Below are positions 42,255 through 55,060 of a DNA stretch of 64,000 nucleotides, piece after piece. A program made the translations under genes and the position numbers. Source of the stretch: Eledone cirrhosa (lineage: Eukaryota). Below the pieces are notes generated by a model, which saw only the letters and a program-made list of their open reading frames with translations, had not been told where the DNA came from and did not search any database. The DNA lies in the NCBI GenBank assembly GCA_964016885.1, contig OZ024762.1, positions 19,716,001-19,780,000 on the forward strand, written 5' to 3'. Numbering within the stretch: position 1 is the first letter of the stretch; each line of letters opens with the position of its first letter.

Positions 42255-42653
42255 ATATATGTGGGTGTATCTATATATATGTGTGTGTATGTGAGTGTGT
42301 CTATGTATATGTGTGGTTGTGTCTATATATGTGTATGTGCATGTATCTATATATATATGTGTATGTGTCTGTGTGTGTGGGGGAGGTCAATGTGGTATGT
42401 AGTAGGGGTGGAGGTCATCAATTTAATGGACTTCCACACTGGTAATGGACTGGTATGTATTCTTATCAAAGACTGGCTCCCCTATGACTCTCTCTCCCTC
42501 CCTCCCTCCCTCCCTCCCTCTCCCCCTCCCCACACATTCACAACACACACATACATACACACATCTACACATACATATACACACAAATGCTGGTAAAAAA
42601 AAATGTAGGTAGCTAAATATTTCAGGGATCTGTCTATAGTAATGAGATTTCTA

Positions 42654-44165
42654 GTGGCTTAGTGGTTAGCATGCTAGGTTCACAATGACAGGGCTGTGGG
42701 TTCAATTCCCAGGCAGTGTTGTTTCCTTAACCCTTTAGCATTTAAACTGGCTGTATCTGGTCAGAATTCTCTCTCGTCTTTCTCTTCAAACTGGCTGTAT
42801 CTGGCCAGAATTCTCCCACTTCTTTCTGTTTAAACTGGCTGTATCTGGCCAGAATTCTCTCACTTCTTTCTGTTTAAACTGGCCATATCCAGCCAGAATT
42901 CTCTCACTTCTTTCTGTTCAAACTGGCCATATCTGGTCAGAATTCTCTCACTTCTTTCTGTTTAAACTGGCTGTATCTGGCCAGAATTCTCTCACTTCTT
43001 TCTGTTTAAACTGCCCATATCCAGCCAGAATTCTCTCACTTCTTTCTGTTTAAACTGGCCATATCCAGCCAAAATTCTCTCACTTCTTTCTGTTTAAACT
43101 GGCCATATCTGGCCAGAATTCTCTCACTTCTTTCTGTTTAAACTGGCCATATCCAGCCAGAATTCTCTCACTTCTTTCTGTTTAAACTGGCCATATCCGG
43201 TCAGAATTCTCTCACTTCTTTCTGTTCAAACCAGACATATCCTGCCAGAATTCTCTCACCTCTTTCTGTTCAAACTACCCATATCCGGTCAGAATTCTCT
43301 CACCTCTTTCTGTTCAAACTGGCCATATCCGGTCAGAATTCTCTCACCTCTTTCTGTTCAAACTGGCCATATCCTGCCAGAATTCTCTCACTTCTTTCTG
43401 TTTAAACTGGCCTTATCCAGCCAGAATTCTCTCACCTCTTTCTGTTCAAACTGGCCATATCTGGTCAGAATTCTCTCACTTCTTTCTGTTTAAACTGGCC
43501 ATATTCTGCCAGAATTCTCTCACTTCTTTCTGTTTAAACTGGCCTTATCCAGCCAGAATTCTCTCACCTCTTTCTGTTTAAACTGGCCATATCCAGCCAG
43601 AATTCTCTCACTTCTTTCTGTTCAAACCAGACATATCCTGCCAGAATTCTCTCACCTCTTTCTGTTCAAACTACCCATATCCGGTCAGAATTCTCTCACC
43701 TCTTTCTGTTCAAACTGGCCATACCCAGCCAGAATTCTCTCACTTCTTTCTGTTCAAACTGGCCATATCTGGTCAGAATTCTCTCACCTCTTTCTCTTCA
43801 AACCGACCATAACCAGCCACTGATGCTGATGTTAAGGTATTGTTCTCAAAACAAATATCAAAATCTCATAGATTCAATATTATGTGAGCCTTTACCATGA
43901 AAATACAATGGTATATATAGAGTAATGTAAATGGTAAAAAGGTTAAACAAGACTTTTTGTTTCATGTCACTCCAGTCCACTCAGCAGGCCAAAATTGAGT
44001 TGTACCTGTAATTCAAGGGGTCAGATTTACCACAGTGAGTTGTACCAGTAATTCAAGGGGTCAGCCTTGTTATCACAGTGTCATGCTGAATCTCCCTGAG
44101 AACAACGTTAGAGGGTGCATGTTTCTTGGGAATGCTCAGCCACTTTCACGTTAATTTCACACACC
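42654..44165 (+). mobile_element. Older tRNA/CORE-like SINE split by a MITE at TTAA
   Basis: GTGGCTTAGTGGTTAG..GGGTTCAATTCCC..TCC-TTAA [insert] TTAA-ACAAGACT restores the CCTTGAGCAAGAC-like core. Confidence 0.7.
42731..43942 (-). mobile_element. piggyBac-type MITE P with internal 44-bp tandem array (~24 copies, 42744-43800)
   Basis: TTAA|CCCTTTAG...AAAGG|TTAA; unit AAACTGGCCATATCCAGCCAGAATTCTCTCACTTCTTTCTGTTT. Confidence 0.9.
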
Positions 44166-44331
44166 CTTGTTGCTGGAAACAGTGGAGTTTCAACATATGC
44201 ACGCTCTCTCACACACACACACACAAATAGGTAAAATCCAGACCAGCAGCACCAAGTGGTTTCGGGATTTTACCCATCTCTATACCCACTCTGAATCTCC
44301 CCATGTATTGAGTACTCCCATGAATAGTGGC

Positions 44332-44387
<56 letters not shown>

Positions 44388-44389
<2 letters not shown>

Positions 44390-45390
44390 GATCTGGCGAT
44401 CTGGCTCTTATGGCAGAATCAGTAGAGGAGCTAGAGAATAAATTCCGGCTATGGAAACAGCAGTTGGAAGCAAGAGGACTGAGAGTAAATCTAGCTAAGA
44501 CAAAAGTGTTGATGAGTAGAAAAGAGGACAAAACCCTGATTCCGTCAGGGAAATGGCCATGTTCGATATGCAGAAAAGGAACTGGCATAAATTCTATAAA
44601 ATGCACACAATGTAGGTCCTGGGTACACAAGAGATGTAGCGGGATAGCAGGCAAACTAACAGGTAGGGAGAAATATGTATGCAGTAGATGTACAGGGAAA
44701 TTAGACAGTAGAAGTCGCACTGATAGACACATTTTTCAAATGCGAGAGGGCGCTATAGAAGTGGTGGATAGCTTCCGGTACCTAGGAGATCAGATTAGCA
44801 TGGGAGGAGGGTGTTCCGAGGCCATAGTATCTAGAATAAGGACGGGTTGGAAGAAGTTTAGGGAGCTGCTTCCTCTGTTGACGAAGAAGGGTTTCTCCCT
44901 GCGTACGAAAGGCCGGTTGTATGATGCCTGTGTGAGGAGCGCGATGCTGCATGGTAGTGAGACATGGGCAGCTACCGCAGAAGATATGCGACGGCTGGAG
45001 AGAAATGAGGCAAGCATGCTCCGTTGGATGTGCAGTGTAAATGTGCGTGAACGACCCAGCATAAATGTGTTGAGAGAGAAACTGTGTCTGAGAGGGATAG
45101 AATGTAGTGTACGGGAGAGGAGACTGAGGTGGTATGGACATGTGATGCGCATGGAGGATGACCGATGGGTGAAGAAGTGCCAGGAAATGCCAGTTGAAGG
45201 AAGACGTAGTAGAGGTAGACCACGAAAAACATGGGCGGAGGTGGTGAGAACAGACCTCAGATCATTGAAGCTCACGGTGGAGATGACGAGGGACCGTGAC
45301 GAGTGGAGAGATGCTGTGCTGAATAAGACCCGTCCCACCCTTGCAAGCAGGGAAAAGCGGACGTAAAATGATGATGATGATGATGATGAT
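44388..45390 (+). mobile_element. 5'-truncated RTE-clade LINE, open C-terminal RT region
   Basis: DLALMA..GLRVNLAKTKVL..FRYLG..MLHGSETW..RRLRWYGHVMRM..GRPRKTW; stop 45364-45366; (ATG)n tail; inserted in (TA)n. Confidence 0.92.
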
Positions 45391-45459
45391 ATATACATAT
45401 ACGTATATATATTTATACGCATATATATACATATACAAACGTGTGTGTGTATATATATG

Positions 45460-45497
<38 letters not shown>

Positions 45498-45586
45498 TAA
45501 ATATGTATGTATGTTAACGTGAAGCTAATAAGACTTTGTTTTTTGCATGTGTGTGTATTTTGTCTATTCTTGATATATATATATAC

Positions 45587-45639
<53 letters not shown>

Positions 45640-45646
<7 letters not shown>

Positions 45647-45960
45647 AGATCAAAAGATGGTTAAAGGAGTTCCATGTATTTTATTATGCGCATTTCAAAA
45701 ACAACATATATGTTGATTTAAAACTGCACTATCCACAAGTGTTTTTTAGCCTTCATATCATGTTCTCCTGTTTTATCTGATGAAAACACAAATATTATTG
45801 CATGATGATGTTTGTTTTTGAAATGCGCATAATAAAATACATGGAACTCCTTTAACCATCTTTTGATCTTATATTATGTATACTCCAGTCCTACAAACTG
45901 TAGAGTGCTTCTTATCCGATATCTGCATTGCTTTATTGTACTACAATAAAACTCACCTCC
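45640..45960. mobile_element. Fold-back PLE-like element (arms ~45640-45707 / 45808-45876) in (TA)n
   Basis: Inverted arms; contains HHR-3. Confidence 0.78.
45771..45837 (+). ncRNA. Minimal type I hammerhead motif (HHR-3)
   Basis: TTTTAT-CTGATGA-aaacacaaatattatt..gatgatgtttgttttt-GAA-AT GCGC AT-A-ATAAAA. Confidence 0.82.
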
Positions 45961-46005
<45 letters not shown>

Positions 46006-46688
46006 GTATATATACATATACATATACATACATACATATATATTACATATATATACATACATACATATATACACACACACATACATACACATACATACAC
46101 GCACACACACATACATACATACACATACATACACGCACACACACATACATACATACATATATACACACATACACACATACATACATACACAGCCAGCAAT
46201 TCCATACTTTCTGCTATATGTTTTTCTGTCTCAATGTACACTACTATATTATATCTGATATTTCAATCTAGGACTAGATCTAGCCCTGTTAATATTCCAT
46301 CTGTCAGCCATGATGGACGACCTGTAGTATTATTAGTGAACCAACCAACACTACCTTCTTAACCACCACACTACTCCCACCACACCACCCTCAGACTAAT
46401 GCTCTCTTATTGGCCACCACACCAACCCCACCACCACCCTCAGACCAACACTACCTTCTTAGCCACCACACCACCCCTAGACCAACACTACCTTCTTAAC
46501 CACCACACCAAAACCCCACCCCCAAAATAGTAAAGTATTACACTATAACCTCATATATTTTTATTATTTTTATCTTTACTTTCATTTTTATTATCATATA
46601 TTTTTGTAAGACATTAGTGTATGTACACTCCATATTCTTCAGAGTTTCTGGCTTGTATCTGCCGATATTACCTCTTGTTGTTTTGATT

Positions 46689-46726
46689 GCCCTGATGAGT
46701 CCTTAATAGGACGAAACATTGTCGGC
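46689..46726 (+). ncRNA. Minimal type I hammerhead motif (HHR-4)
   Basis: GCC-CTGATGA-GTCCT taat AGGAC-GAA-AC att GT-C-GGC; canonical core and GUC site. Confidence 0.85.
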
Positions 46727-46884
46727 TAATAAAAACTTTTGATGTATTAAAGGATTCTTTGTTTTACTCTCTTAATTTTTTGGCTCTGTTTAACTGCATT
46801 GAGCTATACCTTTTACTGTCATTTCTATAATACGAAGAGGGTGTTTGACTCCAACACGCTCCAGTATTCTAATCCTTATATGTA

Positions 46885-47424
46885 TATAACAATATTTTGT
46901 TTCTGAATTTGTTTAGCAAGATTCTTTATCTGAAATCGTGTGTTGAAACCGATATTGTTATACTTTGGGAGGGTCATGTTGCCAATAAGAAACACACGCA
47001 CCAGTTGCTTTCACTTCAATTTATTATATATTTATAAATTTATAAATTTACAAATCTACAAACTTATAAATTTTTGGTTGGTTGGTTGGTTCCACAACCA
47101 GATAGTTGTTTATATATAGTCATAGTCCTTTCGTCACACACTCTGTGACCTCTTCAGTGACTGGGGATTCCTTTCTTTGTTTCTGTGCCTTTCCTTTCTT
47201 CTGTCCTACGCCATTTTGTTTCTCTGAAGAGGTCACAGAGTGTGTGACGAAAGGACTATGACTATATATAAACAACTATCTGGTTGTGGAACCAACCAAC
47301 CAACCAGAAATTTATAAGTTTGTAGATTTGTAAATTTATAAATTTATAAATATATAATAAATTGAAGTGAAAGCAACTGGTGCGTGTGTTTCTTATTGGC
47401 AACATGACCCTCCCAAAGTATAAC
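46885..47424. mobile_element. Fold-back PLE-like element (201-bp arms 46957-47157 / 47224-47424) with HHR-5 and an ORF start
   Basis: Near-perfect inverted repeat; minus-strand ATG at 46977 gives MTLPKYNNIGFNTRFQIKNLAKQ. Confidence 0.8.
47118..47162 (-). ncRNA. Minimal type I hammerhead motif (HHR-5)
   Basis: AGTCA-CTGAAGA-g-GTCACA gagtg TGTGAC-GAA-AG ga CT-A-TGACT. Confidence 0.78.
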
Positions 47425-47597
47425 TATATAACAATATATGTATATAACAATATATATATGTGTATATAACAATGTATATATATATATTTATATAACAATA
47501 TATATATATATGTATATAACAATGTATATATATATGTATATAACAATATATATATATGTATATAACAATATATATGTATTTGTGTTTGTGTGTGTGT

Positions 47598-47895
47598 AAT
47601 GAACTAAGAGAGAAATTAGATATAAGAGAGATCAGATTCAATATGCTCGAGAAGAGATTGCGTTTCTATGGACATGTGATGTGTATGTTAGATGACAGCT
47701 GTATAAAAAGGTGCAGGGTGATCACAGTTGATGGAAGATGTGGAGTAGGAAGACCCAGGAACATTTGGGACGAGGGGATAAAAGTTGACTTTATACAACT
47801 GAACCTTTCAAAGACAATGACACAGGATCGAGATCTTTGGCATTACACAGTAATTCAGAAGACAACACCTTCCCATGCTCACAGGCGCAAATATA
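47598..47895 (+). mobile_element. Older RTE LINE 3' fragment
   Basis: [32 protein letters not shown] parallels 45065-45330. Confidence 0.8.
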
Positions 47896-47906
47896 CATCT
47901 AGTAGG

Positions 47907-48588
47907 CACCTCCTAACCACTATATCCCCAACCCAGCCACTCCTGCCCACACCACCGCCAACCCAGCCACTCCTAACCACTATATCCCCAACCCAGCCAC
48001 TCCTGCCCACACCACCGCCAACCCAGCCACTCCTAACCACTATATCCCCAACCCAGCCACTCCTGCCCACACCACCGCCAACCCAGCCACTCCTGCCCAC
48101 ACCTCCGCCAACCCAGCCACTCCTGCCCACACCACCGCCAACCCAGCCACTCCTAACCACTATATCCCCAACCCAGCCACTCCTGCCCACACCACCGCCA
48201 ACCCAGCCACTCCTGCCCACACCACCGCCAACCCAGCCACTCCTAACCACTATATCCCCAACCCAGCCACTCCTGCCCACACCACCCCCAACCCAGCCAC
48301 TCCTGCCCACACCACCGCCAACCCAGCCACTCCTAACCACTATATCCCCAACCCAGCCACTCCTGCCCACACCACCGCCAACCCAGCCACTCCTGCCCAC
48401 ACCACCGCCAACCCAGCCACTCCTGCCCACACCACCGCCAACCCAGCCACTCCTGCCCACACCACCGCCAACCCAGCCACTCCTGCCCACACCACCGCCA
48501 ACCCACCCACTCCTGCCCACACCACCGCCAACCCAGCCACTCCTGCCCACACCACCGCCAACCCAGCCACTCCTACCCACACCACCCT
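47907..48588. repeat. 30-bp minisatellite (~23 copies, two interspersed variants)
   Basis: TCCTGCCCACACCACCGCCAACCCAGCCAC and TCCTAACCACTATATCCCCAACCCAGCCAC. Confidence 0.95.
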
Positions 48589-49124
48589 TATACTGTGAAC
48601 AGAACATATCCAGCCCACACTGTAAAGTGGTCGTATAGAAGCCACGCCAAAAGCACCCAGCGCACACAGTAAATGTGGTTGGCATTAGGAAGGGCATCCA
48701 GACGTAGAAACATAGCTTGAAACAGTCCTATATGAGTAAGACGCGGTCACCTGACCCAACTGACCTCAAATGGGACGACCTGTCTAACCCATGCTAGTGT
48801 GGAGAATGGACGTTAACTGATGATGATATATAGGATGACCAAGATACTCTCATGGAATGACCAAATGTGGTTTACTTTTCAACAAAGTCCCTAGAAAGAA
48901 ACAATGCAGTTATTAATAAGAGGAGTTGAAATTAATGCATGCAAGATTTCACAGCTCTAGCATCACTCCTTCGTGTATTTATGTATGAAGCTGTGTTTGC
49001 GTATGTGTGATGTGTGGGGATGTTCTTTATAATACAATGGACGCCCCTCCCCTGTTCTAATTTACATAAACTAAAGACTAATTTATCATTTGATGTATTC
49101 ATAGTGTTGTTTTGTATTTTTCCA

Positions 49125-49755
49125 GAATGTCTTGCTAATGTGGTTCCATGTGGTTTGTTAATTCAAATGTTTATAGTATCTTTACTAGTAGACAGATTGT
49201 TGTGAACATTTACTGTATACTAGAGTAAAGACTTTCATGTTTAATGTGATGCTGTGATAGTGGTTGGTACTTAAAATGTCTCGCTAACGTGGTTCCATGT
49301 GGTTTGTTAATTCAAATGTTTATAGTATCTTTACTAGTAGACAGATTGTTGTGAACATTTACTGTAAACTAGAGTAAAAACTTTCATGTTTAATGTGATG
49401 CTGTGATAGTGGTTGGTACTTAAAATGTCTCGCTAACGTGGTTCCATGTGGTTTGTTAATTCAAATGTTTATAGTATCTTTACTAGTAGACAGATTGTTG
49501 TGAACATTTACTGTAAACTAGAGTAAAGACTTTCATGTTTAATGTGATGCTGTGATAGTGGTTGGTACTTAAAATGTCTCGCTAACGTGGTTCCATGTGG
49601 TTTGTTAATTCAAATGTTTATAGAATCTTTACTAGTAGACAGATTGTTGTGAACATTTGCTGTAAACTAGAGTAAAGACTTTCATGTTTAATGTGATGCA
49701 GTGATAATGTTGTTTTGTACTTAACAGCAATGTCTTGCTAATGCGGTTTCATGCA
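49125..49755. repeat. 149-bp tandem repeat (~4.2 copies)
   Basis: TGGTTCCATG at 49141, 49290, 49439, 49588. Confidence 0.93.
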
Positions 49756-50233
49756 GTACATGTTATGACTTAACACCTTTTGTTCATCTGCAGAGCTGAA
49801 GAAAACATTTATATTCGATAGCGTAGATATCGTACAATTGAATTATGCTATCTCAATTTGAAGTTCTCAGTGGTGTTATAAACATAATTTTAGAAGTTTA
49901 AAGATAACTTAATGTTGTCTTAACTGCTGCATAGTAGACACATTTTTTTTAAATGGCTGTGCTGACTACTGAGTTAATTTCTTTAAAAAACATAGATTAT
50001 AGAAGTGAAATCTATTTGTTGTGGTAAGCTACACAGTGATCTAGAAGTTAAGGTGTTGGATTCATGATCATAAGATCATGGATTTGATTCTTGGACTAGG
50101 TAGGTGATGCATTGTTTTATTGAGCAAGTTACTTCACTTCATGTTGCTTTTCATAAGACTCGGGGGCCCCTATCATTTAAACAGCCAAGAAATCTTGTAT
50201 GAATATACCAGCACAGGTAATTTTACAGTGTAA

Positions 50234-50671
50234 ACGGGAACTGATTCTGGCTTGATTTCTACAGTTGGATGCCATTCCTACACCAACCTTATTTACAGTG
50301 AGTGCTGGGTGATTTTTTTGTCATGACACCTCCACGACCACTTTACAATGTCGGCTGGGTGCTTTTTTTTGCCGTGGCGCCTCCACATCCACTTTACAAT
50401 GTGGGCTGGGTGCTTTTTTTTTGCCGTGGCGCCTCCACATTCACTTTACATTGTGGGCTGGGTGCTTTTTTGCCTTGGCACCTCCACGACCACTTTACAG
50501 TGGAATGATAGGGACCCCAGTCCCTATCATCTCATTTCTACAGCTGAGTAAACTGGAGCAATGTGAAATAAAGTGTCTTGCTCAAGGAAACAACACATCA
50601 CCCGGTCTGAGAATTGAACTCACAACCTCTCAATTGCAAGGCCAATGCTCTAACCACTAAGCCATGTGCCT
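50234..50671 (-). mobile_element. SINE-A with internal ~50-bp tandem duplications, lacking tail
   Basis: GCTGGGTGCTTTTTT..CCTCCAC..CACTTTACA repeated 4 times. Confidence 0.88.
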
Positions 50672-50800
50672 ATATATATATATAGTAATAATAATAAATT
50701 TGAAGACTAAAATATATAGATAGTGAGAGAGAGAGATACGCATCATCATCATTTACTAATGTATATGTCTATGTGTCTATATATTTATATACACACACAT

Positions 50801-51153
50801 GGAGACACATGGCTTAGTGGTTAGAGCATTGGCCTTGCAATCGAAAGATTGTGAGTTCAATTCTCAGACCGGGTGATGTGTTGTTTCCTTGAGCAAGACA
50901 CTTTATTTCACATTGCTCCAGTTTACTCAGCTGTAGAAATGAGATGATAGGGACTGGGGTTCCTATCATTCCACTGCAAAGTGGTCGTGGAGGTGCCACG
51001 GCAAAAAAGCACCCAGCACTCACTGTAAATGAGGTTGGTGTTAGGAAGGGCATCCAGCTGTAGAAATCAAGCCAGAATCAGTTCCCGTCCCACCCTTGCA
51101 AGCAGGGAAAAAGCGGACGTAAAATGAAATGATGATGATGATGATGATGATGA
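50801..51153 (+). mobile_element. SINE-A full length
   Basis: Family consensus match. Confidence 0.93.
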
Positions 51154-51155
51154 CT

Positions 51156-52153
51156 CGCACATGTTGATTTCACCTCTTCTTCTGGGTCAGTTGAACAAAC
51201 CATGACATACAAAATATTTAAACAAAATGTTTTTTTTTCCTGTTTTTCTATTGAAATATCTGGTGAAGACTACATGTTTTGCTGGGGGAAAGTAAAAGAC
51301 AAGAAAAGTAAGAATACCAAGAATAATAATAATAAGAAGAAGTCTGCAAATTTTGGTAAAGAGGAGTTGATGACCTGAAAGTGTTGTGAGTAATGTTGGA
51401 GTGAGAGAGTGTAGGTTGTATGTAACATTTGTATATTCTTCAACTTACTTTACAGAGTACACTGGATACATTTTAACATTACACCAACACAGCTATTTTA
51501 CAGTGTGTATTGGGTGGATTTTAACATGGCACCAATACTACCACTTTACAGAGTACACTTGGTGCATGTTAACATTACACCAACACAGCTATTTGATAGT
51601 GTACTGGGTGGATTTTAACATGGCACCAATACTACCACTTTACAGAGTACACTGGGTGCATTTTAACATGACTCCAATACAGCTATTTTACATGGTGGAC
51701 TGTGTGCATTTTAACATAGCACTAGCACTACCACTTTACAGGGTGTACTGGGTGTATTTTATCATGACACTAGCACTACCACTTTACAGGGTGTTCTGGG
51801 TGTATTTTATCATTGACATCAGCACTACCACTTTACAGAGTGTACTCGGTGTATTTTATCATTGACATCAGCACTACCATTTACAGAGTGTACTGGGTGT
51901 ATTTTATCATGGCATTAGCGCTACCACTCTACAGTGTGTACTGGGTGTATTTATCATGGCACTTGCGCTGCCACTTTACAGAGTGTACTGGGTGTATTTA
52001 TCATGGCACTATTACACCTAGTTTACAGAGTGTACTGTAGCATCAACACAATTACTTTACAGAGTGTACTGAGTGCATTTTAGCATGGCTCCAATATGTA
52101 TGCTTTTTTTGTGTGTATATATATATATATATATACCCCCCATATATTTACAA

Positions 52154-52204
<51 letters not shown>

Positions 52205-52690
52205 TCATAATCATTTATTTCTCTATGTATATATCTGTGTGCATATATATATATATGTATATATGCATCATGATCATTTATTTCTCTATGTATATATCTG
52301 TGTGTGCGTATATATATATATATATAAATTCATATTCATACACACATATATACACAAGAGCGTTTACACACACATACGCACATGTTGATTTCACCTCTTC
52401 TGGGTCAGTTGAACAAACCTTGACATACAAAATATTTAAACAAAATGTTTTTTTCCCTGTTTTTCTATTGAAATATCTGGTGAAGACTGTACATGTTTTG
52501 CTGGGGGAAAGTAAAATACAAGAAAAGTAAGAATACCAAGAATAATAATAAGAAGAAGTCTGCAAATTTTGGTAAAGATGAGTTGATGACCTGAAAGTGA
52601 TGTGAGTAATGTTGGAGTGAGAGACTGTAGGTTGTATGTAACATTTGTATATTCTTCAACTTACTTTACAGAGGGTACATTTTAACAGTA
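51156..52690. repeat. ~300-bp direct duplication (51156-51457 / 52377-52673) enclosing a degenerate ~40-bp array
   Basis: Highly similar copies; inner array CCACTTTACAGAGTGTACTGGGTG shares the 61-bp satellite motif. Confidence 0.85.
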
Positions 52691-52837
52691 CACCAATACT
52701 ACCACTTTACATTGTATATTTACTGTTGTTTTGAAAAAATATCACTGCAATAGTGGACTTACCATTATCCAAGACTTGAAGAAACTTTTTCTCAAAGAAA
52801 TTTAAATGATTTAAAGAAATGCTATTTCAATATTTGA

Positions 52838-52870
<33 letters not shown>

Positions 52871-53280
52871 TCGGTGGCCTCAGCTGAGATGGACTCAACA
52901 ATTGATTTCCACGTAGGTCTGTCGTTCATTGCCGCTGCCAAATCCTAGATTTCAATACCAGTGTCTCTGGAGATGACATCGGGATAGGAGAGCTTGCGCC
53001 CCCTGTTATTAGTGACTGCTTGTGGTTTTCAGAGCACTAATGGAGACACAGCCTCGTAGGTGGCACGATGGCTGTGGCCAGAAAATATTACTCTCCTTTT
53101 ACATACGACAGATATGCGTGGGAGGCCGGCATATATCTCTCTCAAAGGCAGATGTCGCCAGCTTATGTTCTGAATATGTTGAAGCAGGCGAGTGTAATTG
53201 CTATCAAGTTGCTTTTGTTGTTTGGATGAAAGCGTCCATGTTTCACTTCCATATAGCAAGATTGGTTGAATTGTTACTTG
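52838..53280 (-). mobile_element. Degenerate RTE-like LINE 3' fragment
   Basis: LYGSETWTLS..LDSNYTRLL..NISW; (ATG)n tail. Confidence 0.8.
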
Positions 53281-53409
53281 GAAGAGTCTGATCTAGACAT
53301 AGTGTTATCTAATGCATTGAAAATAGAGTGAAGTGAAGGTAAAGCAGTTTGTATAGCACAGACTAGGTGACGAGGAAAAAAGTTTTACAGGAAATAGCAG
53401 TCAATTTAA

Positions 53410-53831
53410 CCCTTTAGCATTCACATTACTCTATATATACTATTATATTTTCATGGTAAAAGCTTTACCTCACATAATTATCTCACATAATATCGAATCT
53501 ATGAGATTTTGAAAGTATTTATTTTGAGAACAATACCTTAACATCAGTTTGGGCGACCAGTAACAGCCAGTTTCAACAGAAAGAGGTAGAGGATTCTGGC
53601 CGGTTTGAACACTAAAGGGTTAAGCCTTTAGCATTTAAACTGACCATATCCAGCCAGAATTCTCTCACCTCCTGTTCAAACCAACTGTCACTGGCTGCTC
53701 ATACTGATGTTAAGGTATTGTTCTGAAAATAAATAATATCAAAATCTCATAGATTTGGTATTATTTGGGGTAAACCCTTTACTGTGAAAATATGATAGTA
53801 TATATAGAGTATAGTAAATATAGCTAAAAGG
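53410..53831. mobile_element. Two MITE P copies in inverted orientation sharing a central TTAA (53620-53623)
   Basis: TTAA|CCCTTTAG..CTAAAGGG|TTAA|GCCTTTAG..CTAAAAGG|TTAA. Confidence 0.85.
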
Positions 53832-54013
53832 TTAAAGACGCTAACTTAACATTTAAGGAGTCGAAATTAATAATAGATATTTAAAAATTAGTCACTAATA
53901 TACAATTTGCCTCTGGGGTCAGACCCTTATAGAATTCTTTTTTACTTTAAAGTACTTTACTGCGATCTTCCCTTTAGACAATTCTGAGGCCCTATTTGAA
54001 ATAGTTCTATATT

Positions 54014-54014
<1 letters not shown>

Positions 54015-54103
<89 letters not shown>

Positions 54104-55060
54104 CATGCACACACAAATACATACACATTTAGAGAGAGAGAGAGACATACATGCATACATACACATATATATATATACATACACACGTGTACATATATGC
54201 ATACATACACATAATACATACATACTCATAATATATACATACACATAATACATACATATGTGTAAATTCCAATGAGAGAGTCTTGTGTCTATGTTAGAAA
54301 CCGACTCTCTCTCTCTATTGGTAAAACTTTGTGAAATTATAAAACCAGAAGAACATGCATACATACATACATGCATACATACATACATAAACACACATAT
54401 ACATACATACATGCATACATAAACACACACATACATACATGCATACATACATAAACACACACATACATACATAAACACACACATACATACATAAACACAC
54501 ACATACATACATACATACATACATACATGCATACATACATACATACATACATACATACATGCATACATACATAAACACACATATACATACATACATACAT
54601 GCATACATAAACACACATATACATACATGCATGCATACATAAACACACATACATGCATACATAAACACACATACATACATGCATACATACATGCATACAT
54701 ACATAAACACACATACATACATACATACATACATACATGCATACATAAACACACATACATACATGCATACATACATAAACACACACATACATACATACAT
54801 GCATACATACATAAACACACACATACATACATACATACATGCATAAACACGCACATACATACATACATGCATAAACACATACATACATACATGCATACAT
54901 ACATAAACACACATACATACATACATGCATGCATACATAAACACACACACATACATACATACATGCAAACACACACATACATACATACATGCAAACACAC
55001 ACATACATACATACATACATACATACATACATACATACATACATACACACATACATCTGT
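54015..55060. repeat. (TA)/(GA)/(TACA)n compound microsatellite
   Basis: Simple repeats. Confidence 0.95.

Noticed and set aside
47556-48638. 360-aa Pro/Thr-rich ORF
   Set aside because: Chance fusion of an RTE fragment with a 30-bp minisatellite.
51156-52690. LTR retrotransposon (direct repeats)
   Set aside because: No TG..CA ends, PBS, PPT or TSD seen; interior is satellite and microsatellite.
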